Positions 1 to 15,900 of a stretch of 64,000 bases of DNA are shown here, piece by piece. The notes below the pieces were generated by a model. It did no database searches, was not told where the DNA came from, and saw only the letters and a program-made list of their open reading frames with translations. How positions within the stretch are numbered: the stretch's first letter is position 1; every line of letters begins with the position of its first letter. Made by a program: the position numbers and the translations under genes. This stretch comes from Sphagnum compactum (Eukaryota): the NCBI GenBank assembly GCA_965153455.1, contig OZ234493.1, positions 21,070,213 through 21,134,212 of the forward strand, given 5' to 3'.

Positions 1-67
1 AGCTTGGACGAATAAGAGTCCTCCTTCTGCCTCGCTAGGAGCGCCCGTTGCATCAGCTATCCCTCTC

Positions 68-3000
68 ATGAGCTCTTCATATAATTTTGGATCTGCTCTT
101 GGTGAAAGCTCCCTTGGCTCTTTGTCAGCTTTCGGAGGTCCTGCAGGAGGAGGAGGAGGAGGAGGAGGAGGAGGTGCAGCTGCTCTTTCCAGCCCTTTCC
201 CACAGTCTGCTTCTTCAGGTGGGTTTTGTGGAAAAGCATTTTCCTTTCTTCCTCCTTTCTCCTTTGCAAGATTTCTTTGCAAACGCATGAACTGTACAAA
301 GAGATAGGACGAAAAGAAACTCATGGGTACAGCAAGGGAGAAAGACAACAGCACCCAACAGCACCCTCAAAGAAGGATGGAAACTACACACAACATCGGA
401 AACATATCAACAGCAGCTGGATTGGAGAAAGTCTCTTGTCCTGTGGTGCATGAAATCTCGTCCTTGTGTTGCATTTTGTTTTGTTTCTACAGGTTTTGGG
501 TCTGGTTTTGGAGTGTACAATGGATCAGTGGCTGCATTGCCATCATCAACAACAGGGATTTCTTCATCTCCTCAATACACCTTTCAATTACCTGGTACTG
601 GAATGAAAGACTGCTTAATCCGGTCTCCTTCGTATAACAACTATTCTCACAAGGTGACAAAGTCAAAAAATACACCAAGGCAAGTGTCTTTTGATTCAAA
701 AAGTATTCAGAGTGGGGGACTGGCGAGGTTTCATCAAGCTCAGAGTGACAGCAAAGACAGTCCAAAAGAAGCGTTGTCTGAAACAACTTCCTCATCCTCC
801 GAGAATCACTACCCATCAGCTGGCAACGAGAAGTTGTATGAGGCGTACAATGATCTTCACAGTCTTGCTCAGGATTTTCACAAGCCCTTTGATGCGCCTG
901 CGATTGTGGTTGTTGGACATCAGACCGATGGCAAGAGTGCCTTAATTGAAGCTCTCATGGGCTTTCAGTTCAATCATGTTGGAGGTGGAACCAAAACCCG
1001 TCGCCCCATCACACTGCATATGAAGTACAATGCTTTGTGCAGTGAGCCCCGATGCTTTTTGATTACAGAGGATATGCCTCCAATAGAGGAAGAGAAGCGC
1101 CTTGAAGACCTGCAGGTTCTCTTTCCTTTCTCAATCCCTGCATTAGTAAACTGTATGCACATCAGATTTTTTGCTTGCACACTCTTATTGGATGCAGGGT
1201 TTTGCTCTCTGATTGTGTTGGGGTTTACTTCTTACAGGCTTATATTCAAGCTGAGAATATGCGCCTTGAACATGAAGCATGCCAGTTTTGGGCCAAGGAA
1301 ATCATTCTGAAGATTGAATACAAGTACTGTCCAAATCTGACCATCATTGACACCCCAGGTCTCATTGCAGCAGCTCCGGGACAAAACAATCATGCCCTTC
1401 AGGTCCTATGCTGAAACTTGCATAAGCATTTAACAGCCCAATGCAATGTTGTGATGCGTGCAATTCTTCATTGGCATCCACAGTTGTCATTGTCTTGTTT
1501 AGCGAACTGGTTCTGTTGTGGGTGAACAGATGCAAGGGCGGGCAGTAGAGGCATTGGTGCGCACCAAGATGCAGCATAAGGAGTTCATTATCCTCTGCCT
1601 GGAAGATTGCAGTGACTGGAGCAATGCAACCACTCGGCGCATTGTGATGCAGGTCCAGTTTTCACCCTTTCTGCCATTCCACTTCACAAGTTCTGAAGTC
1701 TGGTACTTCCTTTTGTCATGAAAGTCTACATTGAGAAAACTCTTGGGGTTTTTTCTTTTTTTGGGGGGTGTTTTACAGGTTGACCCAGAACTGTCAAGAA
1801 CAGTGATTGTTTCCACCAAGTTGGACACGAGGATCCCTCAGTTTGCAAGCCGTGCTGATGTTGAACTCTTTCTAAGGCCTCCCAAACGCTTGTTAGATAG
1901 AAACATTCTGGGTGGTGCTCCCTTTTTCACCTCAGTCCCATCAGGACGGGTGGGCAGTAACCGGGATTCTGTTTATCAATCAAATGATAATTTCCGTGAG
2001 GTATGTATATATATACACTTCTTTTTTTTCCCAGTTAGTAACTTTTATTAACAAATTGTGTCCATTTGTTTTCTTTTGTGATTGTTGGTTTGTGTGCTCC
2101 ACACCAGCAGTTTCTTCATAACTTATCTCAGTGTGATGCATTTTTCAGACTGTAGCATTGAGAGAGAAGTTGGATGTTGCATCCTTGGAAGAGAAGCTGG
2201 ACCGGCCATTGTCTAATGAAGAATGCTCACGGGTTGGAGTTAGTCAATTGCGCTGGTTTCTTGAACAGCTACTACGACGCCGGTTAGTCTTGTCAATCTC
2301 TAACTATGTACCCATCATTGGTAGCATTACAATCTGTTGAGGTCAATGTCCCATCAAGGTGTGGGCTCTCAAGCAATCGCTAAGTGTAGTGGAACTCTGC
2401 CTGGACTTACTTATATTGCATGTTCACAAGTGAAATGTCATTCCTGTCTTCTAGTACATGAACAGGCAGTAGTCATTGAGGGAATTGTTACACAATGAAT
2501 TGCAGATACATGGATAGTGTACCAGCAATTGTCCCACTGTTGGACAGGGAGTATCGCAATGCCTCTATCAGGCTGCATCAGACAATTCAGGAGCTGAGGT
2601 GTGTACCCTGTCTTTTTGGAAGGTCTTTTTTAGCCCAATGTCACAGGGTTACTCGGCATGGGTGAGAGTTGAAAACTCCTTGTTAGTTCTGATTGTGCAA
2701 GATTTAACTGTGTAAAACAGAAAGGGCAGCAGGTTATCACAGAATGTTGAGGTTATTGCACACCCAAATCTGACATTGATGTGGAATTTCCAGTGACTTG
2801 GATGCAGCAAAGTTGAAAGAGAAGGGTCGAATTTTTCGTGATTCTTTCTTGTCCAAGGTTTGTTCCTTGCTATAAGCTAACTTGTGACTGGAATTTTGAG
2901 GCATTGGATTCTGTAGAGGAGTAATGTGGGTTCACCCAACTTTTGCATTACTGAGACTGTTTTCCCTTCTTCATAAACTGCTCCTGTTGTTGGACCTTTC

Positions 3001-5630
3001 CTTGTCACAAGGTAGCAACTGGAATGACCCATTACAGTTCCATGTGCCAAACATGCTTATTAATGCCGTGCAGGAATTTTGTGCTTTGTTTCTTGCCAGT
3101 TGTCGCTTTTGCTTAGGGGAACAGTTGCTGCCCCAGTTGAAAAGTTTGGTAAGTCTCTGAAATAGTCACTTGAAATCCATTTGTTTCATGCCAGAAGAAA
3201 AAGGCTGAGGGTGTAATGGCAGAGTTTCTATTCTGCTTTGACTGTGACTGTTGTGAAATGCAGGAGAAACACTTCAGGATGAACGTGTTCATGGAGGAAC
3301 GTTTGTCAGCACAGATAGCTTGCAAATGCCATTCAAACAGATACCTGTAGGCCTCCCTCTCACATTTTGAGCAACTTCTTTTTCTCGCGCAGGTGCTGGT
3401 AGTTGTAGAAATTTTACATGTGGGTACCAAACAAACAATCTGAGGAATTTTCTGCATTGACAGAATGCAGGCATGCGTTTGTATGGAGGTGCTCAATACC
3501 ACAGAGCCATGGCCGAGTTTCGGTTTCTGGTTGGAGGGGTAAAATGTCCAATTCTAAGTCGTGAAGAGATTGTGAATGCATGTGGGGTGGAGGACATTCA
3601 TGATGGTACCAACTATTACAGGTATTATGGTTGTTCTCACATGTTATAGAAAGCAGGATTTGAAGCTTTTGAAAGTGTACAGAAAATCTGTTGCAGTCTG
3701 CATTTTTTTGCTTCATTGGCAGGTTTCTGGGTACAAGGTCTCATAGTTATGCATTCTGCAGGACAGCGTGTGTGATTGCGGTGGCCAAAGCCCGAGACAT
3801 ATTTGAGCCTTCTTTGCTTCAAGTAAAATCTCCGAGTTCATTCACTTGGTTTTTTTCCTGTGGTATGTGCAGTGTTTTTGCCTAATCCTGGGTTTTCTGT
3901 TGTGACCCTAACCTTTTTTGGTGTGCACTGTGCCAGTTGGGTATGAGGCTATCTCACATTATACGGAGGCTTCTTCCTATTTCTCTCTATCTCTTGCAGG
4001 TGGGTCTGAGGGAATGAAGGATGGTCAGAATTGGTGGGAGTGTTAAAAATGTTTTGTTGTGAACATGAACCTAGAATGGCAACTACTGCAATCTTAATGT
4101 GAACAGTGAAGGCAACATGCATGCTAAGCCATTATGGTTGACAATCCACAGAAGGATGGGGAGTACCTGAGTGGCCATGAAATGTTCATAAGGCATGTTG
4201 CAACCGCCTTTCACATCTTTGTTGAGTCAACAGAGCGCAACTGCCGGGAAAAGTAAGCTGCTGCACCACTTGTACCATTGAGGTCATAATCTGTGAAGAT
4301 AGTTTACAATGGTCATGAGAGTTTGACTTTGTAAAAAAACCAATCGTAAAAACAACTAGGTCTGCTTTGGAGAGACATTTTGCTGCTGGGTTTTGGGTCC
4401 TGACATGCTTTGGGAGCTAAACAGGTGCATGGAGGATCTTTTAAGCACAACTCGATATGTCACATGGTCCTTGCACAACAAGGTCAGCATTAATGGTGAA
4501 TTTTTATGCTTAATGTTCTGCTGTCAGAAAAGAGGCGTCGCCTACAGCATTTAAGGACAAGGTTTTCATAATGTCAGCTCTGGGCTAGTGCCAGATTTTT
4601 TTCTTTCCCCTCTTGCCAGTGCAGACCTCTGATGATTTTGGGTCTGGTTTCTATTCCCCCCTAAATGGTGCAGAATCGGGCTGGCCTGAGGCATTATCTA
4701 GACACAGTAGGCAGCAGTGAGCTGGCTGTGGGAGCTGTGGCAGAGGGGTCTGTACAGCCAGTCGTAGGTAACAGCAACAAGCAAGACAACAAAGTGCGCA
4801 CTGAAGTGAAGAGTAATAGTAGCAGTGTCATTGAGGGGAGTCAAACACCACAAGCCCGCCTGGTGGACCTGCTTGAGAACACTCTCTGGAGCCGAAAGCT
4901 GGCTCCATCATCTGAAGAGATTGTCAATGCTCTTGTTGCTCAGATTTTTGGAGGCATTCGTGATCACTGCGTTGCTTGTGCTGAAATGAAGGTATGGCCA
5001 TGATGGTGCTGCAGCACAATTGTTATGATCTAGCTGTTGATTTCCATAGCTCGCCTGCTTTCCAGGAGTAATGGACAATAATATTTCAGTATCCAGAATC
5101 CACTCTTCAGTTACTCGCCAGTTGAGAAGACCATTGAATGATTGTAGTGACGAAGTACTTATGAGCAAAGGAGTGGTGTTTTGCAGTTCAATTGTTTCTT
5201 CCTGATGCCGGTGGTGGATGCATTTCCTGGCATGCTACGTGAGAATTTGGAGACATCATTTGAGGAAGATATTGACCATGTGTTTGATGTGGCACAAGTT
5301 CGGCATGCTTTGCTCCAGCAACAATCACAGCTTGATCTTGAGCTACGTCGGGTAAGTCAGAAACTTCACATCTCTGCATGATGGAATAATAGTTTAGTTC
5401 CTGGTATGGGACACAAGTGGTTTGTTGGCCAATGTAGATGTGTCTCCTGCATTCTTAAATGTGGCACTCTGTCCTTATGCTCTCTTATCTGTATGTTGGA
5501 ATCTGCTGCACAGGTGGAAAGACTTCAAGAAAAATTTGCCAACATTCACCACCACCTAAGTAGCTCACAAGGGGTCTTGTCTTCACCAAAAGATGTCACT
5601 GAAGAGATGTCCATGTTCAAGATTTCATGA
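68..5630 (+). CDS. ARC5: Dynamin-related protein 5B / ARC5 (chloroplast/peroxisome division GTPase), about 18 exons
   Basis: Dynamin GTPase motifs GHQTDGKS, GGTKTRRP, IIDTPG and STKLD, plus DRP5-type segments (YEAYNDLHSLAQDF, MRLYGGAQYHRAMAEF, KFNCFFLMPVVD). In-phase GT-AG exons by eye: 68-218, 493-1115, 1238-1402, 1530-1652, 1779-2000, 2149-2282, 2506-2598, 2794-2857, 3100-3148, 3264-3346, 3464-3621, 3762-3822, 3937-3999, 4152-4252, 4425-4482, 4674-4991, 5187-5351, 5514-5630 (TGA). Start codon and exon 1 are less certain. Confidence 0.9.
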
Positions 5631-5756
5631 CCTCAAAGCAGCCTCCTGATCATGAGCCCCTTCTGACCTAGTCATTTATGATCATGAAACCAAAACCAAC
5701 CCTTTGTATCAAATTTCCTTCACCACATTTTAGGAACCACAGTTTGCACTTGCTTT

Positions 5757-6058
5757 CCAGTAAAACAGAATCATTCTCCAGCACCTTATTATGTTTGTTG
5801 AGCATAGAATTAAGAGGGGTCTTTCTGAGGATCTGAAATCTTTAGCTACTGAAGGCCCAAGGTAGCCACAGTTTTTCTTGAACTTGTGCTTGCTCCCAGT
5901 AAACAAATCATTCTACAACCTGATTATGTTTCTTGAGCAAAGAATCAAGAGAATTCTTTTCAAGGATCTAGAATCTTCAGTTCTTTTTGAGGATCTAGAA
6001 TCTTTAGCTACTGAAGGCCTGAGGTACACACAGTTATTTTCTTGGACTTTGCTTGCTG
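5757..6058 (+). repeat. Diverged ~140-bp tandem duplication downstream of the ARC5 stop
   Basis: Block ccagtaaa..aatcattct..ttatgttt.ttgagca.agaat.aagag...gaggatct..aatctttagctactgaaggcc..aggta...cacagtt..ttcttg.actt.gcttgct occurs twice. Confidence 0.75.
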
Positions 6059-7670
6059 TTCTTTGATTTCAGATTTGATTTGAGGTATTTAGAACTGCTC
6101 AGGATTTCAAGGAAAACCACCCAACCACCCACCTTTTGTGCTGGGTTCCTGAATTGACTTGGCAAAAGGCCTGAGGCTCTTGATGTATAAAACCAGATGG
6201 CTAACACATTACCTGTAAACTACTAAACTTGATCCACTGGAATGGTAGTGATTTTACAGTCAGCTATATCCATTAGCATTGATGCCTAAGTTCTTCAGAA
6301 TTGCAGTGCTGTGATTGAGGTCTTCATAATTGTGGAGCTTTGCAGAAGGTCTTCATAACTGTGGGGCTTTGCAGAAGGTCTTCATCGGTACAAAGCTACA
6401 CAAGTAACTTTTGTAGGTTTTCGAAGTGTTCAACCTTGGGATTTGCAATGTGGCTGCCATCCATCCCATCAGATTCTGTGAGTTTTTCCATCATTTCCTT
6501 TCCTGCTGCAATTCAAGCCACAGATGGTTTATGGTCCTGTTTTGAGGAAAGGAAATGTGCAATTGACCATCAATTTGTCAAGCTTTAAAGAGCAGTCAGT
6601 GAGACTTTTGTGTACACCCAAAATGCCACATATTGGAATAATGTCATATATGATTCTCCAAGTCTGCTTTATCCTTTTGAATGGGCTTTCCTTTGTTGCT
6701 CTTTGGCATTCAAAGTGAGAGCGGTTTATCTGAAAGCTATCGTTGTTTGGGATTATTATTGTATAATTGTTTTCTTCTCTCACCACAGGGAGCTGATGAA
6801 GTCAGTAGGTAGTAGTGATGTCAGTTTGGTCACCGCCCTCTGTTGTGGTGAAGGGCACTTTGTTCATTTAGAAAGGCTCTGTGTTGCTGATGTCATCAAG
6901 TACAGGAAGACATCCTCCCTTTTCATTGCATATCTTTGATACCCATTGCACAAAGAAAGGAAGTAACCTATCAGAATCTGAAAGTTGAAAATTGATTTCC
7001 TGCTGATTTTATTTTATGTGATTTTTTGGTTTTTATGGGTGGGACTTTTGGAAGTCCTGAGGAGTCAAAAGAGGGCGGGTATAACCAGTTTTCTGCAAAA
7101 CTATTTTGTCCAGGATTTTCAAAACAACATGAAAGTTTGTTTACCATGCAGGTCCTGCCTTGGATGAACCGTCACTCACACTGGGACCATGGTAAACATG
7201 AAAAACCTCAAAACTCAAAACTTAAATTGCTTCTAAATATTATAAATATCCCATGCTTAGATTACCTTGGTGTCTTGACTCTCTCTTGTCTAACATTTTC
7301 TGGGTTTAATTTGGCCATTAAGAGGCCCCACTCAAGAAGGTAGCGGTGTGGGTGCTCGTTCACCCTGGCTGTCAGGTCCTGGTATGATGAATCTATATAT
7401 ATACCACCTGTCTGGCAAGAATAATATTTTTCGTTCACAATGCAGATTTGTATGAATACCGAGGTCTTTTGAGATGTTTTACTAGAGGAATATAATACTG
7501 TTCTGGGAAGTGTAATTTGAGTTGTATGTCACTACAAATGGCAGAATGCGATTAACAAACTGCAGCAAACAAATAAAGCAAGTTCTTTGTGAAAGTGAAT
7601 GTATTAGAAAGTTCTCAAATATTACAAGCCAAAACCTTGCAAACTTATGATTGTAAAAACTTGATGAAGC

Positions 7671-8190
7671 TCAATTCTCTTCAAAGAAATCAGCCTCTCC
7701 TATGTCACTATCACATTCCTCCAGTAACTTCCTGAGGGGAAAATCTGTAACATCTTTCTCCAAGAAGGGACTGCAATTTGATCTAGAATCTGAGGCATAG
7801 TTCTTGTAAATCGTGACCACGTTATCCAGTTTGGTTAAGCCAAGCTTGCATTCCCATACACCAGTCAAAATACTAGCAAGGCTGAAGATTCTCTCAATTT
7901 TGATCTGAGAGTATGTCAAAATACTGACAAGATGGAAGATTCTCTCAGTTTTGATCTGAGAACCCAGGACGTACAGGAATTGTTGAGGAAGGCTGAGGAT
8001 TCTCTCAATTTCGAGTTGAGAGCTTGTCAAAATACTGACAAGATGGAAGTTTCTCTCAGTTTTGAGAACCCCCGGATGGTCAGGAATTGTTTGGCAAGAA
8101 ATCTAATGGTAGGGAATCTGGCCTTTTGCACCATTTGTCCTTCCTTAATGGCCACTTTCCATCTAGAGGTTGAGAACCATTCCTAAATTG
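7671..8190 (-). pseudogene. hAT transposase C-terminal (dimerization domain) remnant
   Basis: Minus-strand translation ..RFPTIRFLAKQFL..SQIKTERIF..SQIKIERIFSLASILT..CKLGLTKLDNVVTIYKN..FFEEN* resembles the hAT C-terminal pattern (FP..A..L.I..S....ERxFS); frameshifted. Confidence 0.65.
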
Positions 8191-10119
8191 AGATTTCCAA
8201 TAGAGAAGTATTATAAAGATTTGTGAAGAAGGGGAAGGAATCCCGACAACTTCTAGACATTTTGAGTATTTTACAACAATTCTGCAACAGTTATCTACAA
8301 GTTCTTAGATATATGCGTACCTGAAGGCATAAGAGTTGAAGAGAAGTAGTACTGATTGCAATCTATCTTACATGCAGTATGATCTGCAAATTGGAATTCT
8401 AGTCTTGTGCGTGATGACAATCTATTAGCAATCACATTGTCAAAGTAGAATGTCTGAAGTTGCAATTCAAACAAAGTTGCAATAGAAACCACACTTGCCA
8501 CTGTAAACTTTGGTGGGTTGAAATGCTGACCTTGTTTGATAGAGTTTTTTAATGTAGCCAAATGAAATTTCATGGCTCAAAGAAACTTTTTGGCTCTTGA
8601 AGAAACCTCATGCCTTAACATATTCCAACAATTTAAAACATGCTATCGTTAATTCCTTCACCCAAAGGTTTTGGTCAAAGAAGCAAAATATGTTTACAAG
8701 CTTTGCAAGGTCAAACTTGGTTGAAAAACTACAGCACAAGTTCTCTATTGTGAAAGCCAAAGCCATAATGAAATTGCACAAAAACCTTCATATTTCATGC
8801 GTCAACAAAAACACAATGGAATTGTATTTTCACTTTCATAATAGAAAAGATAATTTCTAGAGAAGTTGATGCTGAGCATGTTGTGACACATTAAAAAATC
8901 AGCAATAACTACCATCTTCACAAAGACAGCAGGAAAAATTAGTCTTGAGAGTTTTTGTAAATGCGATAAGAAGTGTTCCATCTACTATATATTGTATGCA
9001 CCATCACTTGCTAATTAACTAATGCAGGCACATTGAGCATTTCTCATTCAAGACTATTACATGGTTCATTCTTCTAGTCTTCTTTTCATCTGCAAAACAG
9101 GAATCAGCAACTTACTTTTTATGATTATCTCAGCAAGATGTTGATTCTGGAAGAGATTTTGACTGCTTGAATAATTGTTCCACTGATTGTCCTAAATGCT
9201 AGTAGTTGTGCTCAAGGTAAGTTTCGGGTAAGGTCGGGAAGGATCAATAGCATTCCCAATTCTCATCTGAAGCATCATTTGAATATATACAGTAGTATTT
9301 TATTGTCTAGAAAGTTTTTTTCCCAGTTTGTTGTTTGCAAGCAAACTTTTAGAGAAGGGAAGTATGATATGAAATCTGCAAAGCAAAAACTTTTCCCAGT
9401 TTGTTGTTTGCACGCAAATGTTTAGAGAAAGGAAGCATGACATGAAACCTGCAAAGCAAAAACAATAAATCCTAAACCCATCCGTCAAAATACAGAAAGA
9501 AAGATTTTACCGAGAAATGTTTGACAACCAAGTGTCTGCAACTGCGATACAAGGAGAGATGACAAAAGCTTCCTCTCAGGAGAACAAGTGATTGTTCTGG
9601 CAACAAATTAGGGACAATTTCCTGAGAAAATCAAAGCAAGTTGATACTCAATCTAACTGATACAATAAGAAGTGTTTCCAACACCCACTCAGAGCAGCAA
9701 CATGCTTCAGTAGGTCATGTCTACTTCTGTAAGAGCGGGCAAGTTGAGGATGATTACCTGAGCTTTTGCAGCATCATTCCTGCACTTGGGGAGTGGAAAC
9801 TGTTAATGAATTGAGAGAAAAGATCATATGAAAAGAACAGAATTTTTGAAAAAATATATAGCAATATAACATAGTGCACCTCATAGTTGGGTAAATTTCT
9901 GCACAATCAAATAGTCGCAGCATGGACATGAGAATTAATAGTGAAGAAATCTGAAATTCCTTTATTAGATCCACATATGCTTAGAGATGTATTCACAAGG
10001 TCTTAACAACCGTGTGTGATGCTATAGCAGAACAATTTTCTACAGTAAAAATGGAGATCACTTGTTCCTTGCTTTTATTACTGCCCCCACCACAGAGGAG
10101 GTTTTTTTGCGTTTCATCT

Positions 10120-11274
<1,155 letters not shown>

Positions 11275-11487
11275 TTAATCTTCCAAGACAGAAAGAAAGG
11301 AAGAAAGAAAGAAACAACACACCTCTAATCCAACCACCGAAGAAGTCGCAACAACAACAGAACTAGTATCAAACGAACCGAAATTTGGACCAAACTTCGA
11401 CCAGAGTAGCTTGAATGCGATAGAGAGAGAAGAAGAAATGCAACAAGCAACTACTAAAATTGAATGAGAAGATAGAAGAAGCGCTCG

Positions 11488-11590
11488 TGTTTTATAGCGA
11501 GAAACGGAGTCCACCGCTGTTGCTTCGCACTCGTCTTCGCGCTCGTCTACTTCACTTTCTCGGCTTCTCTAGAGCTTTCTCGAGAGAGGT
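11488..11590 (-). promoter_or_regulatory. Probable polyubiquitin core promoter: TATA box and imperfect heat-shock-element-like GAA/TTC array
   Basis: Minus strand reads CTATAAAAC at ~11488-11497, about 230 bp upstream of the ATG. Further upstream lies ..CTCGAGAAAGCTCTAGAGAAGCCGAGAAAG.., an imperfect nGAAn/nTTCn array. Confidence 0.45.
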
Positions 11591-12654
11591 GCTTTTGTTT
11601 TCTTTGCGTCTGCCCACTGCCCGTCTCCTCTTGCCACCATGAATTATTTTTTAGGATTTTTGTTTTCTGTCGCCTTAGTGGCGATCATCCATAGGAAGAT
11701 GAAGAAAGAAATGGCGATCATCATTACGACGCATTTTTAATCAACCTTGTTTATTTATGGCTACTCACTGCAAACCATCTATAGGAATGTGGCGAATTTT
11801 ACTTTATTTTTTCTCACTTTCTGGCGACGGAAACTTTCCAGAATCACTTCATTTCCGTATTTTTTTTATTTTTAACTTCTCTTTTTTGACTCGTGAAATT
11901 TCGCAAGTAAAAAAAAGTGATTCTAAATTTAAATTAAATAATACCACGCCGCCATGTAAGTTCCTTCTGCATCTACCCGTCTACCCGAGAACTTCCTTTT
12001 ACACAACGTTTTCTCTTTTTCTCGTGAAGTGCTTTTGGTTCCACCTCAACCGACTGTCGTCTGATTTACAGCAACGCGCTTTCTTTCCGGAGCGGGGACA
12101 TCTTTTTCTTTTCTTCACGCGTTAACTTGTTGTTCTTCCAAGCACCAGGTCACACTAATGCCCGCTGCCAATGCCGCATAGACGCGTCAGCAAGGCGACT
12201 AACACGAGGCGTCTTCACACGTGTCCATATCGGAGCCGTTCATTTCTATACCCGGGGGTCAGGCGAGTCACGCTGTCGGGTGAAAAAAGAAACTGACATG
12301 GCAACGTCCGCGAAAGAAACGGTGCAATTATTACTGAAAGCCCGCCTTATTTTTCATCCGCTAATTATTCATCCATCCAGTTTATTCCATCCAAAACCCA
12401 TAGACTAAAAAATTACTATATGTATATTATAATATTCGGCATTAAATGAAAATTCCCCCAACCCCTCCTTCACCCAAAAAATCCTTGCAAATTTATTTTT
12501 CTTAATCACAAAAAATGGAAGCTTCAAAACAATTCCTGAATTTTTATTAGACCTACAAATATGGCCAATAAAAATTATGGCCAATGAATATTTAGGATGC
12601 ATTGGAATGTGCCTTTGGTGTTATTGGAAAGATCTCGTGAGAGGATTTTTAATA

Positions 12655-12974
12655 TTGTAGTACCTTGGCGGCTTTGGCACAATACTATATTATATTTTAA
12701 TTTGTCGATTAAAAAACAATTATGTTGAAAATTTAGAAAATTCAATCAACATGATAATAATAAGGTAGCTAGATTTGAACCCAACTCTCTATCTAACAAA
12801 GTTTACAAAAGAACATAAATTATGATCATTTTAAGTGAAAGGACAACATGAAACTTGTGAGATATTGAACGATTTTATTATATCTATTCGTTATATGTCG
12901 AAAATATTAGAATCAAGAACTCAAGTGCCGAATTAGAAACTTAAGATAATGCCAAAGCTACCCAAGTATTATGA
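12655..12974. mobile_element. Degenerate MITE, possibly Tc1/mariner type (TA flanks)
   Basis: Left end ttgtagtaccttggcggctttggca and reverse complement of right end tcataatacttgggtagctttggca form an imperfect ~25-bp TIR; TA on both sides. Confidence 0.5.
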
Positions 12975-15900
12975 TATTATGCAATTTTTATTCATACCTA
13001 TCTTTTGTAATTTTTGTTATTAAATGATATATTTTAAAATGGATGTATAATTAATATTATTGACGTCCATGAAGAAAACACTTATGATGTAAGCAATATG
13101 GTTATGGAAAAAATAGGGCCAATGAAAGCTAATGGTGATACCTAGATTGACAAATATGTACATGTCAAAAATGAAGGTCATAAGTTATTATTGCTTATAA
13201 ATCATAACTTGATAGCCAATTATGTTGTTGAGGTTCTCACAATAGTCCGTTATGAAATTAAAAGGAATTTGGAATCTAAACACAAAATCCCATTGTGAAT
13301 CTTTAAGAAGTATTTACATTTGTCATTTATTTCATACACTTCAACAATTTCACATGCACAAGTTCAACAAACAAAACTACTCGCAATAATAAAAAATTGG
13401 TTATTTACTATATTAATCTAATTCAGTCCACTCCAACAATTTGTCACATTAACCCTTTTTTTCTTTTTGTGTCTTTCATTGTGTTTGTCATCTTCATAAA
13501 AAATACAATTGACAACCACATTCAACGTTTTAAAGAAAAAGATGCTAAAATTTGCAAAGTTCTTAAAAACCATAATACCTTATCTAGTTTGGAACTTAGA
13601 TGTTGAATCATTATTTTATGTTGCAAAATCAAGTTTGGCAATAAAAATTAATAACTTATAAAATTTTCAACTTGATATTATGTAAAAATAAAATACTTGG
13701 ACAATCAATCCTTGCACTTAATTTTCGCATAAGTGAGTTTTGATAAACATTGGAATTGTTAAATATATTTAGTTAAGTGATAATGGTAAATCACCTATGT
13801 ATTAAACTCATTTGTAAAATCCATTGAAGGGGGGACTAGAGCAACTAATTTAGGCCAAATAGGGGATGAAATGAACAAGGGATGGAAAAATTACAAATGA
13901 AATTAACTTGTCTTTGCATTGATTTTGGCATAAAAACAAATTTGGTCTTTAGTTTAAGTTTTTGTTCATGCATGTTCATGCTTGTGTGAAGGTGGGAGCC
14001 TAGATGAAAACAAAGTTTTTTTCAAGTTTTTTTTAGCATCAAACCAACAAGGTGTGAATTTTTATGTTTTTAATGATCAAACAAACAATGCACAAATAAT
14101 TGTGTGATTAAAGGCCTAAAGAGATTAAAAAGTGTAATCTTTGAACTTAGTGTGAATAATTTTAGTGCTTGAGTTGAAAGTGAAAAACGGAATCAAAATG
14201 CATAAGGGTTCAAAGGTTTTGAACATAGTGAAATATAAGAAAATGAAATATAGTGAAAAAACATTTGATTCCTAACAAATAATGCACCCATGGATACATG
14301 AAATCCAAAATTAGTAGATAAAATTAGATTTAAAAACATAGAAACAAAAAAACATAAAATCATTAGAATAATGCAAATGACATAGAAGGAAAACATAAAA
14401 ACATAGTAGGAAGTAATATGCAACATAGAACTATAATGTCAAAAGATAGAAGAAACATAGGAACATTGATACATGTTATCAAAAAAGATATCATACAAAA
14501 TTTCGAATCCAAATCATAAAAATAGAGTTATATATTCAAAAATATATGGAAACACAAGGAAAACATTGAAAAATAGGAAAAGACTAGTGATGAAACATGG
14601 ATAGTGTTTTGAATAAACAACTTTGAAAAAAAAGAAACAAAAATTTGAATGAATAGAAACATATTAAAATATTGAATTCAATAACATAAAGCCTTATAAA
14701 AACATAATAGGTATTGAAATAAAAACATGGGCTCAACATTTGCAATTCATGAAATTCATGTGATTTGGGCAATTCATGCAATTTGAAGCCTGATAGGCCA
14801 ACCATTAATTTCAAATAAATGGATGCATATATGAAACATAAAACTAGAAGTGTAGAAACATATAGGTACATATAACATACCTATGCTCTTAGCCTCATGG
14901 TTCTAGGGGTCAAATCATGATAAATTACTATAATTAATGCTTAATTATTTGACATGTTTGCAAGTTTAGAACATCAAATTAATGTTGAAAATGTGTGTTG
15001 TATTTGTGATATGTCATCTTCTAACATATCAATTTAGCATCTAGATAAGATTGAAAATAATCCAATGAATATAAATTACTTTTTGACATGTTTTCAAATC
15101 AAGATCCAATGTTTTTCAACATTATGAAACAATGTAGAAAACATCGTTTAAACATTGTTTAAGCATTGTTGTTTAACATTGTTTACAAATTTTTTGACCA
15201 ATCATATGTTGTCACATCAACTTGTCAAGATTGGTCACAACGACTTAGGATGGTGCCATTGGCTCCTATTACCCATTTTTACCCTTAAGTACAACTTGGT
15301 TTGTCAAAATGTAATGTTTTGAAAGGGCATCTTTTGAATGGCCATGCTACAATGGGTAAAATTTGGAATGAACAAATGTTGCAAATGTGTTAGAAACATG
15401 TGCAACTTCTTAATGTGACGTGATGTACTTCCCAAATCAAATTTAATCCAAACACATCAACATTAATTTTAGTTCAGACAATTTGATATCAAACATAATT
15501 TTAGTTTAGACAAACTCTCCTCCCTTATGTATATGCAAGCGTAGAAATGAAATTCACGTATAGATAGCAATTTGAAGAATCAATAAAATATCCTATGAGG
15601 ATTCACCTAAATACACTAGAACCTAGAGAAAAAAGATGAATTTATTTTGATGAGACCAAAGGATGTAATTGAGCTTGGAGTCCCGCTTGTTTATGTGTGG
15701 CAAGCTTGAAAAGTTTTCTATTGTCCCCATTGTTGTAAATGATGTTATTCCAAATAGTTGTAAATATATGTTTTAGTAAACTCATGAAACTTTTCAACTT
15801 TTGTAACAAACTTTGGGAAAAGTTTTTTAATATATTCATAAAGTTTTGATTATAACACAAAATTTCAAATAGCTACCACATAATGACACAATTCAAGTAC

